Shown one piece after another: positions 28,971 to 37,282 of a stretch of 64,000 nucleotides of DNA. The position numbers were made by a program, and so were the translations under genes. The notes beneath the pieces are model-generated. The model did no database searches and had not been told where the DNA came from. It saw nothing but the letters and a program-made list of their open reading frames with translations. Positions within the stretch are counted from its first letter, which is position 1. Every line of letters starts with the position of its first letter. Source of the stretch: an uncultured Candidatus Saccharibacteria bacterium (GTDB taxonomy: Bacteria > Patescibacteriota > Doudnabacteria > UBA920); contig CAZLNP010000001.1 in NCBI GenBank assembly GCA_964561085.1, positions 10,213 through 74,212 on the forward strand, read 5' to 3'.

Positions 28971-29606
28971 CTACGACATCTTAATCTTTGCTTGGGATAA
29001 CTTGTCATAAGTCTGTTCAGCTGCCTCAGCCCCTAGCCATTTCTGTTCAGCCACTATCCAACGCAGGAACGGCTTAGCGACCTTGTTGCCATAGACCTTA
29101 CGTTTGAAGTGTTTTAACATACCATCGACTTTCATAGCCCGATTCATACGATATGCCATCTCAGCTAATACTCCGCCTCTGCGATTGATGCTCTGCAACT
29201 CATAGCTGAGTTCCAGGCAGGAGCGACAGGAGAAGTAATTAGGCTTGCGGTCAGGGCGAAGATACAACTTACTACGTAAACTCCCGCACATAACGCAAAA
29301 GAAGAATGGCTTGTTTCCAAAGTGAGTCTCGCCAGTCAAGATAGTGATTGCTTGAGTTTGGGCAATTCCTTTATATGGGTAAAAGACTTGAACCTTAAAT
29401 GGATCGCCATCAATAACCTTGTAGCCTATGAGCAGAGTATCGTACTGGCTAGATATATAGGCTTTACCAGACTTAGGCTCCCCCTCTTTGTTTGGGTGGA
29501 GCAGATTACGACTTAGAGAGCCAATAGATAATGAAAAGCACTCCTCCACAGTCATTTTGGGATAGAGTTTTTGCTTGTTTAATTGATTGAAGAATTCTTG
29601 TTCCAT
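28971..29606 (-). CDS. Zn-finger protein of mobile elements
   Basis: FGN.PFFFCVMC...R.KLY...FSCRSCLELSY..Q, two CxxC pairs. Confidence 0.7.
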   Translation of the reverse strand: MEQEFFNQLNKQKLYPKMTVEECFSLSIGSLSRNLLHPNKEGEPKSGKAYISSQYDTLLIGYKVIDGDPFKVQVFYPYKGIAQTQAITILTGETHFGNKPFFFCVMCGSLRSKLYLRPDRKPNYFSCRSCLELSYELQSINRRGGVLAEMAYRMNRAMKVDGMLKHFKRKVYGNKVAKPFLRWIVAEQKWLGAEAAEQTYDKLSQAKIKMS

Positions 29607-29845
29607 ACCTTAATTTTAAATCAAGTCAGCAGGACAGTATAGACGGCATAATTTGAACATCTTATGCAGAGGTTTCCCTACACAGGACTCCTGAGGATAT
29701 AGAAAGGATTGTTTACCAACCACTCCCCACCCACCCCCTTCATACTCTCTGTGTTCCTAATACAATTCCTCTTTAATGAATTGCAATTCAAACCGCCACC
29801 CACCTGTGAGTGGCTTGTTAATCATTAAACGAAAGGGTTACTCAA

Positions 29846-30061
29846 ATGAGCAAGAACCTAGCAGTACTAGCTGAGTTCGATAACCACGACTGTAAAAGTT
29901 CAGCTGACTCAGGATGCAATACCTGTGTCTTCTTCTCTCGAAGCAAAGTCCGTTGGAATCGTTTCTTAGAGAAGATGGACTTGGTTAGAAAGAATAGCAA
30001 GCACATTGACTCTCAGCTAATCAACCACATCATGCAACCAACACAGGAGGAAAGCCAATGA
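29846..30061 (+). CDS. Small hypothetical protein with His/Cys cluster
   Basis: HDC...GCNTC; SD-like GAAAGGG; overlaps the next gene. Confidence 0.55.
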   Translation: MSKNLAVLAEFDNHDCKSSADSGCNTCVFFSRSKVRWNRFLEKMDLVRKNSKHIDSQLINHIMQPTQEESQ

Positions 30062-30363
30062 TTGAATTAAAAGAGATACTAGCAATCCCTAGTTCATACA
30101 GGGGTTCAGAAAAGTCTGCTGCGAAAGTCAAAGAACAGATAGCACTTAGATGGCCTAAGCTAGCAAAGGACTATGACCCTAGATTCACTACCCGCACCGC
30201 AAGGGCATGGCAAGTGATAGGTTACAGAATCAAGAAAGGTGAGAAAGCCATTAAGAGCATTACAGTAATTGAGAAGACCGATAGCAAGGGCAAAGTCATT
30301 GAAAGCTATCCTAAGGTTATTTCGCTCTTTCACATAAATCAGATCGAAAAGATGAAGATATAG
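30058..30363 (+). CDS. ArdC N-terminal-like ssDNA-binding domain protein
   Basis: T..AW...GY.IKKGEKA...LFH..Q motif; SD AGGAGG. Confidence 0.65.
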   Translation: MIELKEILAIPSSYRGSEKSAAKVKEQIALRWPKLAKDYDPRFTTRTARAWQVIGYRIKKGEKAIKSITVIEKTDSKGKVIESYPKVISLFHINQIEKMKI

Positions 30364-30476
30364 TACCAGATGAGACTCTGAATGTTTTTTAAAATTCCTG
30401 GCTTTATGTCGGGTTAAGCGTTTTGGTAGTGATCGTACAACAAAACTACCAACTCTAACAATTAAACTATCCATAT

Positions 30477-30833
30477 ATGGAAACAACTCAACCCCGTGTC
30501 CAGTTAAACGCATCACTTAGGTACAGCCCTACTGGAGAGCTGATTAGCCGAGACTTGCTGATTAACTTCAGAGAGGAAAGTGTGGACGAGTGCGTTAAGT
30601 TACTCGGAGACTTTAACAGGCAGTTCAACATCAATCTAGGTTTGGCAGAGCAACCACAAATTGCCTCACAAACCACGATACTGCCTGCGGACGCTCCAAG
30701 TGATTGCCCTAGGTGTCTAGTTCCTCTAATCAAAAGGAAAGTTAGTAACAGAGAAAGTGCAAGCTATGGAAAAGAGTTCTTAGGCTGTGGCAACTATGCT
30801 CGCAAGGGCTGTTTGTTCAGTCATTGGCTGTAA
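30477..30833 (+). CDS. Protein with topoisomerase-type C4 Zn finger
   Basis: CPRC...GKEFLGCGNY....C. Confidence 0.65.
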   Translation: METTQPRVQLNASLRYSPTGELISRDLLINFREESVDECVKLLGDFNRQFNINLGLAEQPQIASQTTILPADAPSDCPRCLVPLIKRKVSNRESASYGKEFLGCGNYARKGCLFSHWL

Positions 30834-30838
30834 ATTAA

Positions 30839-30878
30839 ATAGGGTTAAGTCCTCAATTGGACTATGCCCTATTTTTTT
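30839..30878 (+). terminator. Intrinsic terminator
   Basis: ATAGGG..AGTCC/GGACT..CCCTAT followed by a T run. Confidence 0.65.
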
Positions 30879-30926
30879 CTACACCCCATATTGCATTGGC
30901 GCTCAACCGATAAAACATAACCCTCA

Positions 30927-31610
30927 TCAAGACAAGTCTTCTTTTTCTAAATCAAACAGTACTACCTGTTTATGCTCAGGGTCGTAAAACATGTTGCTTG
31001 TCGTGACATCTTTATAATCCGCCAAGGTATCATAAACAAATCCCAGCTTTTCTGCTATTTCTTCTCGCTCTGTGTCGCTTAGGTCTTGGCTTAAGTAGTC
31101 TGCCATAACTGGTAGGTTCTCCCATTTTGCAACGAAGTAATCATTACCTTGGTTATCCGTATAACCTAACTGAGAGTCAATTAGTCGAACATCATTTCTA
31201 TCTCCTATTCGCCTTTGAGCTTCCGCAAAACTGCCCATTGCTTTATGGCCAGTACCGCGTCCTAATTCTTTCCTTACAAAATAAGTTTCACCCAAACTTG
31301 CAACTTTAAAGTTTTGTGACCAATTTCTCTTTTGAAAATATGTTATTGTTAGTCCGTTCTCTTCAACACTTGCTCCTTCAGGTTGAGATTCCAAAGTTTT
31401 AACTAATTTCAATACTTGTTTGATAATGCCAGGGCGTATATCGAGGGAAGCCTTCAATTCTGGTGTGTACGCTAAAGAGCGAGATTCAGTCTCCTTGTTA
31501 ATTAACTTATCCTCGGCATGGTTACTTAAAGAATTACAGGTCTCACAGGTTGAAGGAAAGTTGCCGTGTGGGCACATTCCATTTAGTTGCTCCGATTCTT
31601 TTTCATGCAT
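30927..31610 (-). CDS. Hypothetical protein, N-terminal Cys/His knuckle, possible kinase-like fold
   Basis: CPHGNFPSTCETC; C-terminal D-x4-N...LFD. Confidence 0.6.
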   Translation of the reverse strand: MHEKESEQLNGMCPHGNFPSTCETCNSLSNHAEDKLINKETESRSLAYTPELKASLDIRPGIIKQVLKLVKTLESQPEGASVEENGLTITYFQKRNWSQNFKVASLGETYFVRKELGRGTGHKAMGSFAEAQRRIGDRNDVRLIDSQLGYTDNQGNDYFVAKWENLPVMADYLSQDLSDTEREEIAEKLGFVYDTLADYKDVTTSNMFYDPEHKQVVLFDLEKEDLS

Positions 31611-31627
31611 ATCATTAAAATTTACTA

Positions 31628-32842
31628 TTACTTGTTATCCACGGCTTCTTTTATTTTACTCGCTAAAATTTGGCTATAACTTCTATTCTTGCCATCAATA
31701 ACTTCATCTTTTCCTATACTAACATCTGATAACTTATCTCCAAAAAAAGTACGGGCGACTTCTAATGCTTTTTGCGCATCTGCCTCAGACGCTCCATGCA
31801 TAACCACCTGATCATTGAGAGTAACACCTTGGTCAATCAAATCCTGGAATATTTTAATATCACCATTGTATCCGCTTTTCTGTAGTTCCTGCATGAAAGC
31901 TTTGAAGTTATCTGGAGCTAAGTCATGTAAATCTTTGACAGCAAAGTATGACTTATAAGTCTCTTGGCTATTATCTTTAACTCCTTCATTTACTCCAAAG
32001 AAAAGCCACGAATTAGCATCCTTAGTGCCTTGTCTAACTCTAATTCCTGGTGCGATTTGCCTATTTTCGGTACTAGCTTGCTGTCTAACTTCGTAGCTGA
32101 ATTTATTAAATTCCGCATCTAACTCTTTATCAGCTGATGCCTTTGCTTCTTTTGCCATCTTTAATACCTCCTCTACTGAAGTGCCCATCCTATTCCACGG
32201 AGCTTTTCTAAGCTGATCATCATCAATCTTTAAAGAATTGTCGATAGCATATTGCATGTAATCCTCACGGGACATTTTTGATAAATCCACTCCATTAGCT
32301 ATTGCTATTTTTGCTAATTCATAACTCGCTGGCCAGCCTACTAATTTTTTCTTATCCTCAGGAGATAATTCAGTTGTTTGAGAAGTTTCTATCTGAGTCT
32401 CAGGCTGAGGGGTTTCAGGGATAGGTATTCCCAACTCCTCACGAATAGAATTTTGTTCATTAAAATCTTGGGCTTTGCTTTCTTCTTTCTTTACTTTTGA
32501 CTCCTCTTTTTTCCAAAGCTGAGCCATTACTTTTTCTTTCCGAAGCTCTTCTTGTTTAGTCTTCTCAGGGTCAGTATACTCAGGGATAGTCCAGATATAC
32601 TCAACTGCTTCAGCGCTCATTCCTTCGTATTGGGGAGGAAGCATAACATCATCACTGTTTTCATTCGGTGACTCAGCTGGCTTTTCTTGATTCAGTCGTT
32701 TTTCTAGTGCATTACGAAAAGATTCTGGTAGACCTTCCATAGTCTTATTAATATCTTCACCGTCTTTTATGCGCTGTGCATACTCTTCAACCTTTTGGTC
32801 TCCAGGTGATAATTGTGGGGATGTCTCAAAATTTCTATCCAT
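31628..32842 (-). CDS. Hypothetical protein (acidic)
   Basis: 404-aa ORF, no recognised motif. Confidence 0.7.
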   Translation of the reverse strand: MDRNFETSPQLSPGDQKVEEYAQRIKDGEDINKTMEGLPESFRNALEKRLNQEKPAESPNENSDDVMLPPQYEGMSAEAVEYIWTIPEYTDPEKTKQEELRKEKVMAQLWKKEESKVKKEESKAQDFNEQNSIREELGIPIPETPQPETQIETSQTTELSPEDKKKLVGWPASYELAKIAIANGVDLSKMSREDYMQYAIDNSLKIDDDQLRKAPWNRMGTSVEEVLKMAKEAKASADKELDAEFNKFSYEVRQQASTENRQIAPGIRVRQGTKDANSWLFFGVNEGVKDNSQETYKSYFAVKDLHDLAPDNFKAFMQELQKSGYNGDIKIFQDLIDQGVTLNDQVVMHGASEADAQKALEVARTFFGDKLSDVSIGKDEVIDGKNRSYSQILASKIKEAVDNK

Positions 32843-33031
32843 ATTTAATAGCTTAAAAATTTAAACTACCCATAGTATTACACATTTTAGAAAACTTTAT
32901 AATGTCTACCTTATCAATACTGAAATCAAAAACTAGCTACATCATTACAAATGAAAAGTGGCTTAGGTCAACCATTTTTGTTATTATATACTTAAATAGA
33001 CTCCCTTAAAAACCAAACTAAAAATAATTCT

Positions 33032-35377
33032 TTGACCAATCCTATTACTGGGCTATCATCATGGGAAGTTGCTAAAGCCCCCAAGAATATCCCCCCTCAT
33101 CATTTCACTTCTATGGAATTGGCGTTGCAAGTTGCAAAGAACCAGATCTTATCTTTTTTCTTTATCTTACTGCTTATTTCGGGGGGGTTATCTGCACTCC
33201 TTCATGAACAGATTGATTCAATTGTTTTCTTCGCTATTGCTGGTATCAATGCCGTATTAGGTTTTATCCAAGAATTCAGAGCTAATCGCAGCGCACAATT
33301 ATTGGAAAAAATGGTTGCCCATTATGTGACCGTAAGAAGAAATAGTAAAATAAAAAAAATTCCCAACATTGAATTGGTGCTAGGAGATATTGTACTGCTA
33401 AATCCTGGAGATATACTGGCCGTTGATGCTCAAGTGATTTCATCAGTTGATGCTTTTTTAGATGAATCTATGATTACGGGAGAATCACTTCCTCGTTTAG
33501 TAAATTCTAAGGAAAAAATTGGTGCGGGTGTAACAGTAGTATCGGGCAGTTTGACGGTAGAAGTAACAGCAGTAGGAAAAGATAACTCTCTAAGTCAGTA
33601 TGCGGAAAAGGTTGTAAAGTTAGAGAAAAACAGTAATTTTGAAAAGTTTATACATACCATAAGTAAAACTATACTACTAGTAACTACATTTTGCTTACTG
33701 ATTGTTTTGGTTGTTAATGTTTTGGCAACACATGGAATGGGAATTTCAGAATACATTTTATTTAGCATTTCCATGCTCATTGGGGTTGTCCCAGAATCAT
33801 TACCTCTGATAGTCACTTTAATTTTTACAAGCGAAGCGATAGCACTTTCAAAACAGCAAGTCCTAATTAAGAAGTTGTCAGCTTTGCAAAATCTAGGCTC
33901 AATGAATTATTTATTCACTGATAAAACAGGGACAATTACAGAGAATATATTGCGAGTTAAAGAGATTGTGGCTATCGATGACTCTTTGGCAAAAAATTTA
34001 ATGATAATCTCTAGCGGTAATTACGAACGAATGCCTATGGATGAAGTGTTCGATCAAGCCTTAAGGCAATATTTCGTTGCCAACAACTTACAGACTGATC
34101 GTAAAAATTCTGGCTTAGAATTAGGTTTTGAAGCCTATCAGGTATCCCGAGGGTACGCCATTCATCTCCTCCCGAATGGTGATGCAATTTTCCGAGGACA
34201 ATACGATGAGGTAATGAAGGCGTGTATTAAAACCCCTCGTCACATCGAGAAAAAGTGCCAGGAATATGAAACTCAAGGCTTGCGTGTAATAGCTATGGCT
34301 TACAGAAATAAAGATGGTATTCACATGCAAGGAATAGTGGTTTTTGAAGATCCCCTTAAGCCTGACGCAATATCGATATATAAAACTCTATCTAAATTGG
34401 GCATTGATATGAAAATAATTACCGGTGATACTATTGAAGTAGCGAGGTATATTGGGAATATCCTTAAACCTGCGAAAAATGAAAACTATGCCTTTGGCAT
34501 GAACGAATTAAAAAACACTCCTAGCCATAAATTAGACAACTACTTTATCTATGCCAAATGTAAACCTGAGCAAAAATCTTTATTGATAGATAATCATGAA
34601 TCGCGAGGTGTTGTCGGTTTCTTAGGGGAAGGAGTCAATGACGCCATGGCATTAAAACGAGCTGATATTGGCTTTGTAGTAAATAATGCGAGTGATATTG
34701 CTCGACAGGCAGGTGATGTTATTTTACTTGAAAAAAGTCTACACCCTATCATTAACGTTGTGATGCTGAGCCGTCGAGCATTCATCAAAGTCCGTACCTA
34801 TCTATTATGCACACTGACTGGAAACATAGGCACTCTTATTTCTTTGACTACAGTAGTAGTAATCTCTCAACAAATCCCTCTCTTACCGATTCAAATTTTA
34901 CTTAATAATCTACTAACTGATTTACCTCTTTTGTTTTTGTTGTCAGATAGAATCTCTGAAAATTCACTGCAACATCCTGTGAAAGACGAGATCAAAAAGT
35001 TCTTCAAAATTATCATTATCTTTGCTGCAATAAGCTCTGTTTTTGACTTTCTGTTTTTCTTTCTATTCCGTCAATTCGATATATCCGTATTACGCACTGG
35101 ATGGTTTGTGTTTAGTGTATTGGCAGAGCTAACTTTGGTTGTTTCATTGCGGTCAGAACTTTCAATTTTTAAAGCACCCCGAATTTCTACATTACTAACA
35201 ATTGCATTGGTATCGTGTTTGGCAATAGCAATAGCATTGCCTTATCTTCCCATAAAAACTATTTTCTCTTTTGTGCCACTCACAAGCCCCCAGCTAATGA
35301 TATTAGCTGGACTTACATTAGTATATCTTGGGGCTAATGAAGTGGCTAAACACATCTTTCGACGTCATCTCTTCTAA
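33032..35377 (+). CDS. P-type cation-transporting ATPase (MgtA-like)
   Basis: TGES, PESLP, DKTGT, ITGD, GEGVND, QILLNNLLTD. Confidence 0.88.
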   Translation: MTNPITGLSSWEVAKAPKNIPPHHFTSMELALQVAKNQILSFFFILLLISGGLSALLHEQIDSIVFFAIAGINAVLGFIQEFRANRSAQLLEKMVAHYVTVRRNSKIKKIPNIELVLGDIVLLNPGDILAVDAQVISSVDAFLDESMITGESLPRLVNSKEKIGAGVTVVSGSLTVEVTAVGKDNSLSQYAEKVVKLEKNSNFEKFIHTISKTILLVTTFCLLIVLVVNVLATHGMGISEYILFSISMLIGVVPESLPLIVTLIFTSEAIALSKQQVLIKKLSALQNLGSMNYLFTDKTGTITENILRVKEIVAIDDSLAKNLMIISSGNYERMPMDEVFDQALRQYFVANNLQTDRKNSGLELGFEAYQVSRGYAIHLLPNGDAIFRGQYDEVMKACIKTPRHIEKKCQEYETQGLRVIAMAYRNKDGIHMQGIVVFEDPLKPDAISIYKTLSKLGIDMKIITGDTIEVARYIGNILKPAKNENYAFGMNELKNTPSHKLDNYFIYAKCKPEQKSLLIDNHESRGVVGFLGEGVNDAMALKRADIGFVVNNASDIARQAGDVILLEKSLHPIINVVMLSRRAFIKVRTYLLCTLTGNIGTLISLTTVVVISQQIPLLPIQILLNNLLTDLPLLFLLSDRISENSLQHPVKDEIKKFFKIIIIFAAISSVFDFLFFFLFRQFDISVLRTGWFVFSVLAELTLVVSLRSELSIFKAPRISTLLTIALVSCLAIAIALPYLPIKTIFSFVPLTSPQLMILAGLTLVYLGANEVAKHIFRRHLF

Positions 35378-35641
35378 ATGAATCTCGATAATTGCTGAAG
35401 TTAACACTAAACCTCTTTTAAGATTAACTGTAAGTTCTGGAAGTAGTTCAATTTTCATGATCCCCGACAGCAAAGTCAACATAGACAGCATTTTACTAGA
35501 CCGAGTACATACTAAGCAGAAACCAACAACCCTTCCCTCTCCAACATCTTGTAGCAAGTATCAAAGTTGGCTACCTGTATTGGCTTCAGAATATGCACTA
35601 GATTCTTAAAATACTTGAGCATTGGGGTCTTCAGCCCACCA

Positions 35642-35667
35642 ATAAAACACCCGACTGGGTGTTTTAT
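35642..35667 (+). terminator. Terminator probably belonging to tRNA-Lys before integration
   Basis: ATAAAACACCC-GACT-GGGTGTTTTAT immediately after the right CCCACCA copy. Confidence 0.8.
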
Positions 35668-35681
35668 GTTAATATTTAAAT

Positions 35682-36611
35682 ATGAAATTAGAAACTTTTA
35701 ATAATTTTTTAGACTACGAATTACTAGATACTGGTAACGGCAACCGCCTTGAACAATGGGGCAACATCCGGTTAAAGCGTCCTGACCCTCAAATAATTTG
35801 GAAGTCTAGCTTACCTTCCCGCGAATGGGATGCTGCCAACGCAGATTTCATTGGTGCCGGAGAAAGAGGTCGTTGGATGAAAAAATCTACCATCCCTGCA
35901 AAGTGGGATGTATATTTTCGTCCTGATGTAAAACTAGTTGCTAAACTTACACCTTTTAAACACACTGGTATTTTTGCAGAGCAGGCAGGCAACTGGGAAT
36001 GGATGTCTGAAATTGTGGGACAAGCTAATAACACGGCTGGTGGGCCTTTAAAAATTCTAAATTTATTCGCCTACACTGGTGGTGCTACGATGGTACTCAC
36101 TCGCCTTGGTCATAAGGTCACTCATGTTGATGCTAGCAAACCCGCAATTGCTTGGGCCAAAGAAAATCAATTTGCAAACAAGTTCGCTCCAGACAGCATC
36201 CGCTGGATTTTAGACGACGCGGTGAAGTTTGTTCAACGCGAATTGAATCGCGGCGAAAAATATGACGGGATCATTATGGATCCTCCAGCGTTCGGACACT
36301 CCCCTTCAGGAAAGACCTGGAAGTTTAACCGTGACTTACCAAATTTATTAGAGCAAAGTGTGCAGCTACTTTCAGACAACGCGAAGTTTTTGTTAATCAA
36401 CGGGTACGCAACAAACTCTTCTGCCATCTCTCTAGGAAATATTTTAGAAGATACTATTTCAGCCAGACCTGAATTGGGTGGTTCAGTAGAGTTCGGGGAA
36501 CTTTGTCTAAAACATAAGATTGGAAATAAAAAATCCGCCTCATCTAAAAATGACGAAGCGGACGATGGCCGAATGATATCAACCGGAATTTTTGCCAGGT
36601 GGCAAAACTAA
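35682..36611 (+). CDS. Class I SAM-dependent methyltransferase (RlmI/RlmK-like)
   Basis: HTGIF.EQ, LNLFAYTGG, MDPPAFG. Confidence 0.88.
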   Translation: MKLETFNNFLDYELLDTGNGNRLEQWGNIRLKRPDPQIIWKSSLPSREWDAANADFIGAGERGRWMKKSTIPAKWDVYFRPDVKLVAKLTPFKHTGIFAEQAGNWEWMSEIVGQANNTAGGPLKILNLFAYTGGATMVLTRLGHKVTHVDASKPAIAWAKENQFANKFAPDSIRWILDDAVKFVQRELNRGEKYDGIIMDPPAFGHSPSGKTWKFNRDLPNLLEQSVQLLSDNAKFLLINGYATNSSAISLGNILEDTISARPELGGSVEFGELCLKHKIGNKKSASSKNDEADDGRMISTGIFARWQN

Positions 36612-36629
36612 GATTTAGTGAAATTTTCG

Positions 36630-37196
36630 TTAGCTAACCCTGACTACTGCCTCATTATTAGAATGCAGCTTCCTATAATACAGGGCGCTTCTTACATCTT
36701 CAAAGAACTGAGATAGTTTAGACTCCTCATAGTCCTGGTAACCATACTCTGTGGCCCATATGCGGTAAACTTCTCCGCCTGACTGTCGATACCTAATCCA
36801 CAGATAGACAGAATTATTTCTCCAGAGAGGGCCTCGACCAAATGCGATGGAAAACCTAGAAACTATGTCTCCGTAGAGATCATATTCAGTTTCGGCCTTT
36901 CCAGAGTCCAATGACAAACCTGCTTTCTTTCCCAACTCGGCGATAAACTGCTGAGTAGATTTTTTAGCCTCTTCCAAACTCTCCTTCCGCATTTCAAGAA
37001 GATCTTCGGATCGCTCAGTTGAGAGCGACTTATCTACGCCATCCAATTCCCTCTTGTTCAGAAAATACTGACTGAGGTCTGTGTCACCTGATTTCCTCTT
37101 ACAGGAAAAATACAACAAATAAAGAAACAGTATAACAGGCGAGAGCAAGAAAACTACTACAAAAACAAAGATCACAATGTCAGATCCACTTGGCAT
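36630..37196 (-). CDS. Hypothetical membrane-anchored protein (ORFan)
   Basis: N-terminal TM helix; start set at the ATG after a GGAGG SD. Confidence 0.6.
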   Translation of the reverse strand: MPSGSDIVIFVFVVVFLLSPVILFLYLLYFSCKRKSGDTDLSQYFLNKRELDGVDKSLSTERSEDLLEMRKESLEEAKKSTQQFIAELGKKAGLSLDSGKAETEYDLYGDIVSRFSIAFGRGPLWRNNSVYLWIRYRQSGGEVYRIWATEYGYQDYEESKLSQFFEDVRSALYYRKLHSNNEAVVRVS

Positions 37197-37282
37197 GATT
37201 TTTCCTCCGTTCCTAACAAATTCAACGTGCAAATTCTAGCGTATAAAATAAATTATACGCTATTTTTAAACGCTGTAAAATT

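Larger units (their letters stand above)
24445..35642. mobile_element. ~11.2 kb integrative element at the tRNA-Lys 3' end (satellite- or IME-like)
   Basis: 8-bp direct repeat CCCACCAA at 24445-24452 and 35635-35642; displaced terminator directly after the right copy; encodes recombinase, helicase-like ATPase, ArdC-like protein and cargo. Confidence 0.85.

Noticed and set aside
30160-30516. 118-aa minus-strand ORF in the element
   Set aside because: Overlaps two better-supported plus-strand genes
35318-35557. 79-aa minus-strand ORF near the right end of the element
   Set aside because: TTG start, overlaps the ATPase 3' end, and is not in the frame that would fuse to the recombinase on excision
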